A DNA stretch of 64,000 bases, taken from contig CAWJBB010000085.1 of assembly GCA_963840855.1 (NCBI GenBank), positions 1 through 64,000 on the forward strand, given 5' to 3'. This DNA comes from an uncultured delta proteobacterium. Lineage in GTDB: Bacteria; Desulfobacterota; Binatia; UBA9968. The notes beneath the pieces are model-generated. The model saw nothing but the letters and a program-made list of their open reading frames with translations. It did no database searches and was not told the origin of the DNA. Made by a program: the position numbers and the translations under genes. Position 1 is the stretch's first letter. The number at the start of each line of letters is the position of its first letter. This document shows positions 1 through 9,968 of the stretch, in pieces.

Positions 1-241
1 CGAATCGGCCCGCTTAGGAAAACGGCGCCATGCGCCTGCCACAATGTAGCATTGCCCCGCCCAAATCTTCAAATGAGAAACACCATAGCGAATGTGCAAC
101 ACTAGGGCGCCGCGACGCCGCATATGCACCCTCCTCGTTACCTCCCAAAAACGCATTCAAGTAGCGCTTTGTCGGGTCAGGGTCGCTGTTGCTTCGAGAT
201 GTTTGAATAGTGCCGCGCCTCGACTTGGCTACTGCGTCGGC

Positions 242-1147
242 CTAAAGTTCTAGCGACGCCAGTGCGTTAACCACGTTCGTGTATCTAAATCGGAAGCCTA
301 ACCGTTCAGCCGCCCCGGGCAATGCCCGTTGCCCTGCAAGGAGCATGTCGGCCATTTCGCCCAAAACAAGCGTCAAGACGGAAGCTGGAACCGGCGCCCA
401 CGAGGGTCGATTGAGCGCTTTCCCCAAAGCACGAGAAAACTCACTCATGGTTACCGGATTGGGCGCCGTGGCATTAAAGGCGCCGCGCGCGTTCTCGTTT
501 TCCATTAAGAACTGGATCAAACCGACTTCGTCGTCGATATGGACCCAGGGCACCCACTGCTTGCCGGAACCGAGTCGACCGCCGAAAAACATTTTGAACG
601 GCGGTACCATTTTGGCCAGGGCGCCTTTGCCCTTCCCCAATACGATTCCCGTGCGCAATAACGCCACTCGCACGCCGTGCGCCTCAGCCTTGAGCGCCTC
701 CTCTTCCCACTCGACGCATAGGCGTGAGAGAAAGTCGTTTCCCGGAGGGGACTCTTCCGTCAGAGTCTCATCGCCGCGCGGCCCGTAGTAACCGACAGCG
801 GATGAACTGATCATGAATTTCGGTCGGACTTTGGCTTTTCCGATCGCATGCACCAGAGATTTCGTTGTATCGATGCGGCTGGTTCTAATTCTTTCTTTTT
901 GAACCGCGGTCCAACGCTTTGCCGCAATGGGCTCGCCGGCAAGATTAATAATGCCGTCCGCGCCGTCAACGGCTTGTTCCCATACACCGCCGGTTCCAGG
1001 TTCCCAGTGAAACCACTCTTCCTTGGAACCGTTCTGGGGGCGGCGCGGATTGCGGCTCAGCAGCACCAAAGAGTGGGACCTCGCCCGAAGCGGCTGGAGC
1101 AAAGCCGTACCGATGAATCCTGTAGCGCCCGTTATAATGACTTTCAT
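242..1147 (-). CDS. TIGR01777/YfcH-family NAD-dependent epimerase-like oxidoreductase
   Basis: N-terminal ITGATGFIG Rossmann motif, INLAGEPI..RWT, SAVGYYG, LRTGIVLG and GSGKQW motifs. Confidence 0.92.
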   Translation of the reverse strand: MKVIITGATGFIGTALLQPLRARSHSLVLLSRNPRRPQNGSKEEWFHWEPGTGGVWEQAVDGADGIINLAGEPIAAKRWTAVQKERIRTSRIDTTKSLVHAIGKAKVRPKFMISSSAVGYYGPRGDETLTEESPPGNDFLSRLCVEWEEEALKAEAHGVRVALLRTGIVLGKGKGALAKMVPPFKMFFGGRLGSGKQWVPWVHIDDEVGLIQFLMENENARGAFNATAPNPVTMSEFSRALGKALNRPSWAPVPASVLTLVLGEMADMLLAGQRALPGAAERLGFRFRYTNVVNALASLEL

Positions 1148-1235
1148 TTTTTATCGCCCGATCTGGTTAAAACCCCGAATAGTTAGTTAACTATAGTTGA
1201 CTTATAGCTCTATGTTATGAATAGGCAACGCCGCC

Positions 1236-1574
1236 ATGCGAAATAATTCTCCAACAAAGCCCAAGCTCGGAATCAGCACCTGTCTTTCGGAATCAGACAT
1301 TGTAGCGATGCTCGGTACATGGTCTGGATTGGCCCGGGAGGCGATTCTTATCAGCGACCTCCCTCGCCATCGAGTCGCCTGCCATGGAATCGGCCTTATT
1401 AGCAGACTGTTGACGCGTAATGTCATGACGCGGGTGGATGCGCCGCTTTCGGTGCGTCGAGCCTATACTCTGCAAGAACGGCGCGAGCTATTCCAACGAG
1501 CCGGTATCGGCCCGTTTCGGATCTCACCGATGTTTCCGTTTCGCCAGATAACGGTTATCGGCTTAGGAGGTTGA
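1236..1574 (+). pseudogene. C-terminal fragment of a methyltransferase-domain protein
   Basis: ISDLxRH...TRxDAPLSVRRAYT..E motif typical of the MTases found beside FAD oxidoreductases and type III PKS genes; the SAM-binding N-terminus is absent. Confidence 0.55.
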
Positions 1575-2764
1575 TCATGCGGCTCTTCGATGTGGTCATT
1601 GTCGGTGCCGGTCCGGCGGGATCGTCCGCGGCCATTTCGCTCGCCCGCAGGGGTTACACCGTGGCGCTGATAGATAAGGAGCAGTTTCCTCGGGAGAAAC
1701 TCTGCGGTGACTTTATTAATCCGGCGATCTGGCCCATTTACCAGGACCTGGGGGTAGACCATGGGATCTTCTCCCTTGAACATGAAAAAATCTCAGCGAT
1801 TCGCATCACTACATTTTCGGGTGACGAAAGCATCGTACCCATCTCAACGCATGTCCACGAAACGCCCTTCGGCCTGGGCATAAACCGAAAGAATTTAGAC
1901 TACGTGCTGGTACAGGCCGCCGTTCGAGAAGGCGTCACCGTGCTGCAGAGACGCTGGATCAAGAAACTCTCGAACAAGCCCGAGGGTTGGTGCCTTCATG
2001 CTGAGCATCAAAGCGTAGCTGAGACTTTCCGGGCCGCAATCTTGATCGGCGCCGATGGTCGAAACTCCTGGGTTGCACATCACACAGGTTTAAATCGCAA
2101 TGCGTCGCCTGGCGGGAAAACTGTGGGTTTACAATTTCGTCTGAAAAATTTCCACAAGATACCAGGCAGAGTGGAGATTCATGTTTTTCCCGGCGGCTAC
2201 GCAGGGCTTGTACAACTCGGCGACGGGACTGCAAATCTTTGTCTCTCGGTCACGAGAGGCCAGCTACCCCGTAATCGACCGGCTGATTTGCCTGCGAAAC
2301 TGGGGCTTCTGCAAAACCCCTTCCTGCGGGACTTGCTACGCGAAACTGAATTTTCTCAACAAGTACGGTCGACCTTTCCTGTTTATTTCCCGCCCCGGCG
2401 TTCCTACGCCGAACGAGTGCTGCTCGTCGGCGATGCGGCTCAGGTCATCGAACCCGTGACCGGCGAGGGAGTCTACTTCGCCATGGCAAGCGGCCTGATC
2501 GCAGCGCAAACTATCGATGAAGCCTTCCAACGCGGAGATTTTTCAGCGGCGCGACTCAGTGAATACGAGCGCACATTCCGGCGGGCGTTCTGGCGGCGGC
2601 GCAAGCTCAACCGGTTCATCCAGTATCTCGTCTACCGGCCAGCTCTTTTGCAATCCTTGATCCGATTCTCAGTCAAGCGACGCAAGCCCCTTGATTCTTT
2701 GGTTAATTCGATCTGTTTGCCGGATCAGGCAAGACTCTCAACCACAGCGTTGAATCAGAGTTAA
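1571..2764 (+). CDS. Geranylgeranyl-reductase-family NAD(P)/FAD-dependent oxidoreductase
   Basis: GAGPAGS, FPREKLCG, IGADG and LVGDAA...PVTGEG motifs. Confidence 0.88.
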   Translation: MIMRLFDVVIVGAGPAGSSAAISLARRGYTVALIDKEQFPREKLCGDFINPAIWPIYQDLGVDHGIFSLEHEKISAIRITTFSGDESIVPISTHVHETPFGLGINRKNLDYVLVQAAVREGVTVLQRRWIKKLSNKPEGWCLHAEHQSVAETFRAAILIGADGRNSWVAHHTGLNRNASPGGKTVGLQFRLKNFHKIPGRVEIHVFPGGYAGLVQLGDGTANLCLSVTRGQLPRNRPADLPAKLGLLQNPFLRDLLRETEFSQQVRSTFPVYFPPRRSYAERVLLVGDAAQVIEPVTGEGVYFAMASGLIAAQTIDEAFQRGDFSAARLSEYERTFRRAFWRRRKLNRFIQYLVYRPALLQSLIRFSVKRRKPLDSLVNSICLPDQARLSTTALNQS

Positions 2765-2840
2765 TCGATGTGTTCAGCAGTTTCTGCGAAGGCGAGAACG
2801 CGCCTGCCCTCGCTACACACCGAAAATCCACGCCCAAGAG

Positions 2841-3101
2841 ATGTTACCGTTCAAGTCCGGTTTTGCCGTTATCGCCGCGGCGGCGGAGAAACGGCTAGGG
2901 GTAATTATTCCCCTGGTCCCGGTGGGTATTCGCTACTCCGTGGGCGCGCGGTGGACCGCCCACGTAAGTTTCGCTGATCCGCTCAGCGCCGGTGATTTCG
3001 TTTCCAGAGAGGCTCTAGTCAGAAAGCTAGAACAGGATGCGGCGGCGTTATCAAACCTATCGCCGCAGAAAGAAAACTCAGGGCGCAACGGCAACCCTTA
3101 A
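2841..3101 (+). pseudogene. C-terminal fragment of a lysophospholipid acyltransferase (PlsC-like)
   Basis: PFKSGFA and PLVPVGIRY resemble late acyltransferase motifs; the HxxxxD N-terminus is missing. Confidence 0.45.
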
Positions 3102-3134
3102 AAATAGTGACCTCGCGAAAATTGACAATCGTCG

Positions 3135-3404
3135 TCACGCGTCGTCTTCATCCGAGTCCTCGGTTGTTACCCCCTCCAGCGCCCTGAACTGCAGCTTGCC
3201 TTCCTTGTCTTTGACCAGCAGCTCGACTTTCTTCTCCACTTCGGCGAGTTTCTGGTTGCAATATTTTACCAATCCCACGCCCTTCTCGAAGGCCGCCAGC
3301 GACTCTTCCAACGCTAGCTCGCCGGTTTCTAACTGCTCCACCATCCCTTCGAGCTCCTCCAGGGCAACCTCGAATGTCTTATTCTGCTGTTCTTTCTTGG
3401 CCAT
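3135..3404 (-). CDS. xseB: Exodeoxyribonuclease VII small subunit
   Basis: FEVALEELE..VEQLE.GEL.LEESL..FEKG motif; same operon as xseA. Confidence 0.95.
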   Translation of the reverse strand: MAKKEQQNKTFEVALEELEGMVEQLETGELALEESLAAFEKGVGLVKYCNQKLAEVEKKVELLVKDKEGKLQFRALEGVTTEDSDEDDA

Positions 3405-3405
3405 C

Positions 3406-4320
3406 TTACTCCTCCATCTTGCTCGTGGCCGGGCGCGGCGCCGCTTTGCCGCCGGCGCCGAGCTTTTCGATCAATTGCAGCGGATCCACGCGGGCGCCGT
3501 TGGCGCGCGCGCCCCAGTGGAGATGCGCACCGGTCACCCGGCCCGTCATTCCCGATAGCGCGATCACTTCGCCTTTGCGCACCATAGCGCCCTCCTCGAC
3601 TTTGAATTCAGAGAGGTGGAAATACATCGTATACAGCCCGCCGCCATGGTCCAAAACTAAGCTGCCACCGGCGAAAAAAAAGTTCCCGATGAGAACAACG
3701 CGGCCATGATTGGCTGCGATGACTTCGGTTCCGGCGGGCGCTGACAGGTCCGTCCCGCTATGAGGCGCGCGCGGCACTCCGTTGATGATCCTGCGAAAGC
3801 CAAAGGAGGACGCCGAAGCTTCTTGCGGAACCGGCCGGACGAAGGGTATGTCCCAGAAACGTTCAGCCGAGGTGGTAGCGAATGCGCGGGCAAACGCCGT
3901 CTGTTCACGGCGAATCTCCGCCAGCGCTTCCGCCGTCATCTGGTCAAAACCCGGAGCTACCTTGAACGATTCCTTTTTGAAGGCTTTGGCTTTGATCCGA
4001 ACCTCGATCTGCTTCTCGGTGGCGATGCCCTCGGCTGTGACAACGCGGATGAGAACCCTGGCCACGCCTGGCTTCGCTTCTACGTCGGCGCCGATCAGCG
4101 CAACGTACTTGCCGTTTTCCGCCGGGAAAAAGTGCAAAGGTTCCTTACCCATCGTTGCTTCGATGGCGGTGATGCCATCCGCGAAAATCTGCAACTCGGC
4201 GATTTCCCCTTGAAACACTTCGACCGGTCTTAGAACGGTGATCTTGGCGGGCGAAGCCGCGCGGATCTGGCCGCCCAGGGTCAAAACCACAAGCAGCGCC
4301 GATAAGATTTGCCAACTCAT
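3406..4320 (-). CDS. M23 family metallopeptidase with signal peptide
   Basis: HSGTD and HLHW zinc motifs, YTMYFHLS; likely start MSWQILSALL at 4320, directly after the xseA stop. Confidence 0.9.
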   Translation of the reverse strand: MSWQILSALLVVLTLGGQIRAASPAKITVLRPVEVFQGEIAELQIFADGITAIEATMGKEPLHFFPAENGKYVALIGADVEAKPGVARVLIRVVTAEGIATEKQIEVRIKAKAFKKESFKVAPGFDQMTAEALAEIRREQTAFARAFATTSAERFWDIPFVRPVPQEASASSFGFRRIINGVPRAPHSGTDLSAPAGTEVIAANHGRVVLIGNFFFAGGSLVLDHGGGLYTMYFHLSEFKVEEGAMVRKGEVIALSGMTGRVTGAHLHWGARANGARVDPLQLIEKLGAGGKAAPRPATSKMEE

Positions 4321-4321
4321 T

Positions 4322-5561
4322 TCACTCTTTATCTTCCACCCGGCAAATGGCTTTTCCCGCGGCAAAGGTAACCCGCAGCCGGTCGCCGAGATTGAGAGTG
4401 GCCGCATCTTTGACAATGCGCTCCTCCGGCAGCTTGTGCGCAATGCTGTAACCGCGCTGCAAAACCGCCAGCGGGCTAAGCGCCTCCAGGCGGCCCGTGG
4501 CCCGCGCCAGCTCGTCCCGCCACTGGCGCAACCGGTCCTGAAAGCGGCGCGCGAGATCGACGGAAAGCTCATCCAAGCGTTGCTGGTGCTCCCTGAGCTT
4601 GCGCCCCGGATCGCTCAGCCGCTTCACCAGATCGCGCCAGTTATCTCTCTCGCTTTCGATCTTGCGCTCCATGCCGCGCAGCAGCGCCTGCTCCATGCTC
4701 GCGAGATGTGCCAGCAAATCGGCCTTTTTCGGCACAACCATTTCCGCCGCTGCCGTGGGCGTCGGCGCGCGCCGATCGGCGACGAAGTCGGCGATGGTGA
4801 AATCGATTTCATGGCCCACGGCGGAAATCACCGGCGTCGCCGAGGCGAAGATCGCCCGCGCGACCCATTCTTCGTTGAAAGCCCAGAGATCTTCCAGCGA
4901 GCCGCCGCCGCGTCCGACGATCATTACGTCGACGGCGCCGCAGCTGTTTAACTCCTCGATGCCGGCGGCAATCTCTTTGGCGGCGCCTTCGCCCTGCACT
5001 TTGACCGGGCGAATCACGATGCGCCGGTCGGGGAAGCGGTCGCCGATGACGCGCAACATATCGTAGAGGGCCGCCCCTTTGTCGGATGTCACGATGCCGA
5101 TCGGACGCAGGCAGAAAAGGCAACGGCCGCTTTCTGTCGTCGGCAAAGAGCCCCTCGGCGGCGAGTTTTTTCTTGAGCTGCTCGAAGGCCAGATAAAGCG
5201 CGCCCTGCCCCCGCGGCTCCATGCTTTCGACATAGAGCTGAAGATCGCCGCGCACGGGATAAAGACCGACCCGCCCGAAGCAGAGCACTGCCATGCCGTT
5301 TTCCGGCACGAAGCGCAGGCCCGCTCCCTGGCGCCGGAACAGCACGGCCGCGATCTGGCTCTTTTCATCTTTGAGCGTGAAGTAAAAGTGGCCCGACGGC
5401 GGGACGCGCAGGTTGGAAATTTCGCCCACCACCCAGAAGGCGTCGAGCTGCGATTCCAGGGTTTCTTTGACGATTTCGTTCAGCTCGCTGACCGAAAGAA
5501 ACGAGCGCTCAGGCTCGCCGAACAGCGGGGCGTCTAACGCTTTGACCCTGATCATTGCCAC
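4322..5561 (-). CDS. xseA: Exodeoxyribonuclease VII large subunit, with a frameshift near 5103
   Basis: N-terminal SVSELN..GEISN..SGHFYFTLKD lies in one frame; RGGGSLEDLWAFN, SAVGHEID and PTPTAAAE lie in another. Confidence 0.93.
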
Positions 5562-5673
5562 TTTCTTAAGATATCACATAGTATCGGAGCATGTCAGGAT
5601 GAACGGCGGGTTTCTCCGCATCCCGTAGAAAGTCAGGCGAAGTTGGCGCGGTCGAAAAAGAATGCCGCCAAAC

Positions 5674-6018
5674 CTATTTCGCGGCGCAGACGGAAATCTC
5701 GACCATCGTACCGGGCGTGAGCACGGCGCCCACCGCCGTGCGCGTCGGCAGATTCGATCTATCGACCCACGCCATCCAAGACTCGTTCATTGCGTCTTTA
5801 AGGGAAGCGTCCGCCATGTAGACGATCGCGCTCAGAATGCGCGATTTATTGGTGCCCGCCTGAGCTAGAACCGCGTCGATCTTTTTCAGCACCTGAGCGG
5901 TCTGCCCTTTCATGTCTTGCGATTTGTCATCGGCGACCAAGCCGGAGAGAAAAACCAGATCGCCGAACACAGCGGCGTTGCAATTCCATTCCCGGGGATT
6001 GATGCGTTGAATATCCAT
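5674..6018 (-). CDS. RidA/YjgF family protein
   Basis: VFLSG, QTAQVL..ID..L..AGT, MNESW..W, PTRTAV and VEI motifs. Confidence 0.9.
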   Translation of the reverse strand: MDIQRINPREWNCNAAVFGDLVFLSGLVADDKSQDMKGQTAQVLKKIDAVLAQAGTNKSRILSAIVYMADASLKDAMNESWMAWVDRSNLPTRTAVGAVLTPGTMVEISVCAAK

Positions 6019-6095
6019 AAAAAACTTCCTCTCAAACCCTAGACGTTTTGCCGCAGATAATGCGGCACGCCATGCCTCAGAAATAGCAACTTACA

Positions 6096-6185
6096 TGTTC
6101 CTGGTTTCTAGTTTCTGGCTTCTAGTTTGAAATCCGGAAGTTCTGTTTTCCCACAACCAGAAACCTGGAACTAGGAACTAGAAAC
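6096..6185. repeat. Heptamer tandem-repeat hairpin
   Basis: tttctag/tttctgg units on the left arm and ccagaaa/ctagaaa-like complements on the right arm. Confidence 0.7.
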
Positions 6186-6193
6186 GACTCAAG

Positions 6194-7579
6194 TCAAATC
6201 GCCGGCCGCCTCTCGTACCACTTCATGTGCTGCTGGTAAGTGTAGCCGGCGCGCAGCACGGTTACTTCATCGAATGGCTTGCCTACGAGCTGTAACGCGA
6301 TTGGCAGGTTGTTCTCCGAGAATCCGCAGGGGACGGACAACGTCGGCAATCCGGTCAGATTGAACGGACCGTGATACTCCGGCTCCACATGCTTGAACAA
6401 AGTATCGATGGAACCCACATCCTTGACCAGCGGCGCCGGACCGGCCTGATTTGGCAACGCGAGACAATCGACAGTGCGAAAGATCTCCGCCAACTCGGCG
6501 CGGCAGCGGCTGCGAATACGCTGCGCCTGGATGTAGTCTGCCGAACCCGTGAGCAGGCCGAGATAGATGCGCGCGCGCCGCTGCGGCGCGCCGCTTTTGA
6601 GGATCTCAGCCGCCGCGCTCTTATGCGCCGCCCAGAATTCATTGTAGTAAATGACGGCATTGGCGATGGTCGCCAAATTCAACGTGGAGAGTTTCACTTC
6701 TTCGATGCGCGCGCCCAGAGACTTTAATTCGCCGATTGCTTCGTCCACCCGTTTGAGAACGATCGCTGCAGTGCGCGGCGCGCATGCGTTGATATACTCC
6801 CGCGGCACGCCGATGGTCATGCCTTTGATGTCCTGGCGCAGCGCGCTGCTATAATCCACGGTGGGCGCGCTGCTCGACGTCGGATCTTTGGGATCATGTC
6901 CGGCGATCGCGTTGAGCATGTGGGCCAGGTCTTCTACGACCCGCGCCATGGGCCCGCAGTGATCGAGGGACCAGCTGAGCGGCGCCAGACCGTAGCGGCT
7001 GACGCGACCATAGGTTGCTTTGAGACCGGCGATGCCACAGAACGACGACGGGTTGCGAATCGACCCCGCGGTATCCTCGCCGAGGGATCCAAGGCAGAGG
7101 CCGCCCGCCACCGAGGCGCCCGAACCCGTACTCGAACCACCGGTGATATGCTCCGTGTTCCAGGGGTTGCGCGGCACCGGCAGTTCGGCGCCCGGCATAC
7201 TGCTCATGTGCAGTTTGCCCATCAGCACTGCGCCAGCCTCGCGCAGTTTTCTAACCGCCGTCGCATCCCCCACGCCCTGGGTGAATTGCCGCACTCGCGC
7301 CGCCGCGCCCTCGACATCCAACTGGTCTTTCACCGCCACTGGTATGCCGTGCATTGGCCCGCGCCAATTGCCGCGCTGAATTTCTCCTTCCGCGGCCCGC
7401 GCCTCCGCCATGGCGCTGTCAGCCATCAAATTAATATAGGCGTGCAATTTGCCGTCGACGGCGTCAATCCGGTCGAGAACCGCGCGCGTGAGTTCCACCG
7501 GGGAAAGCTTGCGCGTTTGGATGAGTTGCTGAGCTTCATGGATCGACAAGTAATAGAGCGGCTTTTCCGCAATTACCAT
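6194..7579 (-). CDS. Amidase-signature family enzyme
   Basis: HGIPVAVKD, GGSSTGS and EDTAGSIRNP (Ser-cisSer-Lys triad). Confidence 0.93.
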   Translation of the reverse strand: MVIAEKPLYYLSIHEAQQLIQTRKLSPVELTRAVLDRIDAVDGKLHAYINLMADSAMAEARAAEGEIQRGNWRGPMHGIPVAVKDQLDVEGAAARVRQFTQGVGDATAVRKLREAGAVLMGKLHMSSMPGAELPVPRNPWNTEHITGGSSTGSGASVAGGLCLGSLGEDTAGSIRNPSSFCGIAGLKATYGRVSRYGLAPLSWSLDHCGPMARVVEDLAHMLNAIAGHDPKDPTSSSAPTVDYSSALRQDIKGMTIGVPREYINACAPRTAAIVLKRVDEAIGELKSLGARIEEVKLSTLNLATIANAVIYYNEFWAAHKSAAAEILKSGAPQRRARIYLGLLTGSADYIQAQRIRSRCRAELAEIFRTVDCLALPNQAGPAPLVKDVGSIDTLFKHVEPEYHGPFNLTGLPTLSVPCGFSENNLPIALQLVGKPFDEVTVLRAGYTYQQHMKWYERRPAI

Positions 7580-7635
7580 GACAAGGCTCCTTTCGTCCGT
7601 CCCCAGACCTTAACTAAATTTCCGGCAATTAAGTC

Positions 7636-7731
7636 GAGATCCTTCGCTTGCGCTCAGGATGACAGAAGAAAGGTTCGGAGCACCCGTCGAAGGATACCTA
7701 GCGGGTCATTCTGAGCGCAGCGAAGAATCTC
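7636..7731. repeat. REP-like palindromic pair
   Basis: gagatccttcgcttgcgctcaggatgac ... gtcattctgagcgcagcgaagaatctc form an imperfect inverted repeat. Confidence 0.8.
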
Positions 7732-7742
7732 GTTATCAACCC

Positions 7743-7934
7743 TTACTTCCCGCTCCACTCCGGCCGAAACACCGGCCCCGGCTCATCAGCGCCAAGATTT
7801 ACCGAATGCAATTGTCGGAGATTACCCATGTAGAGTTCGATAATTCTTTCGAACTCCTTCAAGTCCCCTTCCTTGGGTTGCAAACCCTCGCGGGCGAGTA
7901 GCGCGGTCAAACTTTGCTCAATCAGTTTGTCCAT
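7743..7934 (-). CDS. Small GatC/AtzG-like protein, possible amidase partner
   Basis: 63 aa with a good RBS, upstream of the amidase; C-terminal EPGPVFRP resembles AtzG-like proteins. Confidence 0.55.
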   Translation of the reverse strand: MDKLIEQSLTALLAREGLQPKEGDLKEFERIIELYMGNLRQLHSVNLGADEPGPVFRPEWSGK

Positions 7935-7947
7935 GGAGTATTCCTCC

Positions 7948-9750
7948 TTAACGCGGCTGCGTCACTACATCCACCACCGCTGGTTTGCCGCCTTCGACGA
8001 CCGCAATCGCTTTATCCAGCGCCGCGCCGAGCTCATCGGGCTCGGTGATCGAACCGAAGCCCTGCACATGCAACGCCCGCGCGATGGCCGGGATATCAGG
8101 GATCGGATCTTCGATGCGAATGCCGATGCCTTTGCGTTCGATGGGGCGGTTGCGCCAGCGCGCCATGCGTTCCTGGTGCTCCTCGTCGTTGTAATAGGAA
8201 TGATTGTTGAGCACCACAACCAGCAGCGGGATTTCGTACTTGGCAGCCGTCCACAAGGCATTCGAGGTCATCAGGAAATCGCCGTCTCCGATAATACTGA
8301 CGCACAAGCGGCCGCTGTCTTTGAATCCCAGTGCGGCGCCGATGGACGACGGCAATCCGTAGCCGACGCCTCCGCCGCGGCCGCCGCCCATACCGTGAGC
8401 GGGCTCCGTGACGTCAATCGCCTCGCGCCAGCGCCGGCCATGGGACGATACCAGGGCCCACGAACGGTTTTGCACGCGTTTATTGATCTCGCCAAAGAAG
8501 CGCGCCTGGGAAATCGGTTTTTCACCCCAGGTTTTTTCGATCCACTCCTGGCTCTTCTTGCGCGCTGCCGTGTATATCGTCTCGACTTTCGAGCGCCGTT
8601 GACGGGCGCGCTGACCGATGCTCGGATCGGCGCTCAACCGGTCGCGCAGTTGCGCCAGAAGGTGCGGCAACGCTACCGCCGTATCCGCCGCGATGGGCAC
8701 CGCCACTGGTAATAGCCACATACTGTCGCTGACCCAGCTCTGGCGTTCGAGGTCGAGCAAGGTGATGTGAATGATCTTCGTCGACGGCTTAACCGCCGGC
8801 GCAAAGTTGCCCCGCTCGCGCACCGAGGGGCCGAGGGGAACGCCTAGACTCGGAACATCGAGCGCGAGCACGACGTCCGCGTCCTGCAGAGCTTCTTCCC
8901 GCGCATTGGTGAGATTCAGTGGATGGGTGCTTGGAAACGCATAGCGGCCGTCGGCATCGATCACCGCCGCGCCGAGTAATTCGGCGATGTCGAGCAATGG
9001 CGGCACTGCTTTCGGATTGCGCGCGAGTTCTCCGGCGACGATAACCGGCCAGTCAGCGGCCGCCAGTAACTGCGCCGCCCGCTGCAAAGACTCCGGGTTG
9101 GCCGCCGGCCCGGCGGGCGGGCGGAACAGCCGCGCATCGGGGACGATCATCGGCGCTGTGATCTTGGCTTCCTGCACGTCGGTATCCAGACAAACATAAA
9201 CCGGGCCTCTGGGTTCCGTCATGGCGATGCGGTAAGCCTTTAGGAACGACTCCGGTACCGCATCGACGGTGGCCGGCTGATCGTCGAACTTGACGTGCTC
9301 GCGCACCGCCAGACCTTGAACCAATGCCGTATGCACCCAGTCGGTGGAACGGCGATTGATCGTGTTCTGCGGTCCGCCGCCGCCGAGGTTGAGAATCGGC
9401 GTGCGGTCGCACCAGGCGTTGAAGATCGCCATGCTGGCGTGCTGTAAACCGACGACATTATGCAACCCCGTGGCCATGATCTCGCCGGTGGCGCGGGCGT
9501 AGCCATTGGCAAGCGCCACGGCGATTTCTTCATGGGTGCATAGGATCATCTGCGGCCCTTTGTCCGATTCGAAATTGACGAGAGAATCGTGCAAGCCGCG
9601 ATAGCTCGCGCCGGGATTGAGCGCGATGTATTTGATGCCCAGCTCGCGCAGCATCTCCGCCATGAGATCGGAACCGTACTCGGCGTTGCTCTTCCGGCCG
9701 ATTCCCGCCGCCCAAATTTCCCCTGTGCCTTGCGCTTTACTTTCCGCCAC
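7948..9750 (-). CDS. Thiamine diphosphate-binding enzyme (acetolactate synthase/benzoylformate decarboxylase superfamily)
   Basis: HEEIAVALANGYA and the GDGDF...NN ThDP motif. Confidence 0.92.
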   Translation of the reverse strand: MAESKAQGTGEIWAAGIGRKSNAEYGSDLMAEMLRELGIKYIALNPGASYRGLHDSLVNFESDKGPQMILCTHEEIAVALANGYARATGEIMATGLHNVVGLQHASMAIFNAWCDRTPILNLGGGGPQNTINRRSTDWVHTALVQGLAVREHVKFDDQPATVDAVPESFLKAYRIAMTEPRGPVYVCLDTDVQEAKITAPMIVPDARLFRPPAGPAANPESLQRAAQLLAAADWPVIVAGELARNPKAVPPLLDIAELLGAAVIDADGRYAFPSTHPLNLTNAREEALQDADVVLALDVPSLGVPLGPSVRERGNFAPAVKPSTKIIHITLLDLERQSWVSDSMWLLPVAVPIAADTAVALPHLLAQLRDRLSADPSIGQRARQRRSKVETIYTAARKKSQEWIEKTWGEKPISQARFFGEINKRVQNRSWALVSSHGRRWREAIDVTEPAHGMGGGRGGGVGYGLPSSIGAALGFKDSGRLCVSIIGDGDFLMTSNALWTAAKYEIPLLVVVLNNHSYYNDEEHQERMARWRNRPIERKGIGIRIEDPIPDIPAIARALHVQGFGSITEPDELGAALDKAIAVVEGGKPAVVDVVTQPR

Positions 9751-9968
9751 TGTTGTTCCTCCGTTCGACCAAGAAATGAAGTTGACTTTAAACGAAATCG
9801 ACGCGCCGGTGCGCCGCCGAAATCACACTCGCCATACCTATTGCACAGGCAGAGCATCGGTGCAAGATTTAGCAAGGCATGCCCTGAGCTTAGCGAACGA
9901 ACGAAAATCTCCGCGACCGCTTGAACGATTTGAACTACTTGAACGGCTTGAACGCGTTCAGAACTAGG

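Noticed and set aside
6194-7934. gatCA of the Glu-tRNA amidotransferase
   Set aside because: There is no gatB, and the sequence looks like a general amidase.
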